The translations under genes and the position numbers were made by a program. The notes beneath the pieces are model-generated. The model had not been told where the DNA came from. It was given only the letters and a program-made list of their open reading frames with translations, and did no database searches. From Candidatus Sericytochromatia bacterium (GTDB lineage: Bacteria; Cyanobacteriota; Sericytochromatia; S15B-MN24; UBA4093), in NCBI GenBank assembly GCA_036676985.1, contig JAKFBU010000026.1:160001-224000 (forward strand): DNA of 64,000 bases, read 5' to 3'. Positions 62,607-64,000 of the stretch are shown here, piece by piece (the first letter of the stretch is position 1; the number at the start of each line of letters is the position of its first letter).

Positions 62607-64000
62607 CTAGTGGTACGTGAGGTGCCCGTAGACCTTCTTGGTGGCGCCGACCGTCTCCTCGTAGAGGACCAGCCCGCGTCGAGACGTCGGATCGACGGCG
62701 ACCTCGCCCTTGGTCTGGATATTCGTTTGCGAGGCGACGGGGAACTCGGACCCCCACTGCGCCCCGTCCAGCCCCACGTGCACCGCGTAGAGGTCCGTGT
62801 CGGTGCTCCGGTTGTCGCCCCACGTGACGAGGAAGGTGCCCCGTGCGGGTTCGTAGGCCACGTGTGGCGCCTCCTTGAGGCTGTTGACCGAGTTGATCGT
62901 CACGGCGCCGCCCACCAGGCTGCCTGCCTTGGAGACGCGTTGGCCCATGATGTGGTCGCGAAAGCCTGTGACGGCCCCGTCCCACACGACGAAGAAGTCC
63001 CCCGACACGGCGTCGACCGCTACCGCGGGATCCGTCTGGTTATTGGCGCCGCTCCCGATGGTGAGGACCGACCCTCCCGCCGTACCGTCGGGATTGATGA
63101 GCCGACCCGCGACTTGCATGGGGCTCGATTGGCTCGTGCTGGCCACGAGGAACTTGTTGGCGATCGCCGAGTAGGCGACCGTGGCCCGGGACTGCGCGAC
63201 CGACGCCACGCTCACGAGTGAGACGTTTCCTCCGATCAGGCTCCCGTCGCTTGCCAGGCGCTGGCCATAGATGACATTGGTGCCCGCGCGCGAGTCCTCC
63301 CAGACCACGAGGTACTGCAGGTTGGTCGGGTCGTAAGCCACCTTGGCATTGCCGCGCGTGCCGGTCGTCGAGCCGAGGGTGATCGTCCCGCCGAGCAAGG
63401 TGCCGTCCGACTTGACGATCTGCCCCAGGATGGCGTTGTTGCTCTCGAAGGCCACCAGGTAGCGGTTGTTGGTGCTGTCGTAGGCGATGGCCGGCTTGGA
63501 GCTCTGAGCGGCCAGGTTGGCGATGACGATCTCGGAGCCCGTCACGCTCCCCGTCGTGCTCATGCGAACGCCGTAGATGCCCGCGCCCGACGTTGCTCGG
63601 CTGTCCGTCCAGGCGGAGAGGTACTGGTTGTTGCCGTAGGCGACCGCGGGATCCTGCTGCTGGCCACCGCCGCTGGTGGAGGCGTAACGATTGCCCACCA
63701 TGCCGACGACCGTGAAGCCGGTCCGGAAGGCGACGGACGTCCCGACCTGGACCTGCCAGGTTTTGCCGCCGGGCGACATATCGCTCGGGACGGTGGTCGA
63801 GAGCGTGGTGCTCGTGAGCGTGCTCGGGGTGATGGCCTGCATGGCGCCGGCGGTGCCGAACGTGGCCTGGGTGATGCTCGGCAAGACGCTGAAGCCCTGC
63901 CCATTGAGGGTCACGGAGGTGCCGGGGCTACCGGTCGCCGGGCTGAAGCTCGTGAACGCAAAGGCCGGATACACGATCATCGGAACGGTGACGGCGTTCG
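62607..64000 (-). CDS. Large secreted/surface protein with IPT/TIG domain and beta-propeller-like repeats (5' end beyond the window)
   Basis: 'SFSPATG.PGTSVTL.G.GF' IPT motif; repeats of 'P.VAY...YLV.W.D.R...IYG.R'. Confidence 0.8.
   Translation of the reverse strand, partial: NAVTVPMIVYPAFAFTSFSPATGSPGTSVTLNGQGFSVLPSITQATFGTAGAMQAITPSTLTSTTLSTTVPSDMSPGGKTWQVQVGTSVAFRTGFTVVGMVGNRYASTSGGGQQQDPAVAYGNNQYLSAWTDSRATSGAGIYGVRMSTTGSVTGSEIVIANLAAQSSKPAIAYDSTNNRYLVAFESNNAILGQIVKSDGTLLGGTITLGSTTGTRGNAKVAYDPTNLQYLVVWEDSRAGTNVIYGQRLASDGSLIGGNVSLVSVASVAQSRATVAYSAIANKFLVASTSQSSPMQVAGRLINPDGTAGGSVLTIGSGANNQTDPAVAVDAVSGDFFVVWDGAVTGFRDHIMGQRVSKAGSLVGGAVTINSVNSLKEAPHVAYEPARGTFLVTWGDNRSTDTDLYAVHVGLDGAQWGSEFPVASQTNIQTKGEVAVDPTSRRGLVLYEETVGATKKVYGHLTYH

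Noticed and set aside
1-64000. tRNA, rRNA, prophage, IS transposase or canonical defence systems
   Set aside because: No such motifs were recognised in intergenic regions or ORFs

Overview
This is a high-GC (about 70% by eye) bacterial chromosome segment, densely coding, with no rRNA, tRNA or CRISPR array detected. Several genes look cyanobacterial-type: a short SSB paralog, Ugd with an internal insertion, an NTP-transferase/LbH/PMM fusion, a DHH-CBS tRNA nucleotidyltransferase, pilB-pilT-pilC with a Cys-rich PilB tail, and a SigF/SigB-type sigma factor. No photosynthesis genes are present, so a non-photosynthetic Cyanobacteriota relative such as Sericytochromatia is a plausible inference. 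Gene content, left to right: Zn-ADH/HMA/MFS/SDR/PCD; a small basic protein with a histone-H3-like N-terminus next to a macrodomain gene; a 14-kb convergent surface-glycan locus containing a B12-radical SAM; thrB-lysC; several secreted lipoproteins; trpBA; a PAS kinase; an A-adding-type nucleotidyltransferase; ssb, gpsA and sugar-phosphate genes; a REP-flanked GIY-YIG cassette; rpsF-ssb-rpsR; pheST; and a type IV pilus motor locus. The best candidate for an undescribed system is that pilus locus, where a long disordered MglB/roadblock protein precedes pilB-pilT-pilC and a 36-aa membrane peptide and sigma factor follow. Other notable signals are 11-bp-phased TTAA operator arrays upstream of secreted-protein genes, four distinct REP-like palindrome families, a nested aspartokinase beta-subunit start and apparent HIP1 (GCGATCGC) enrichment.
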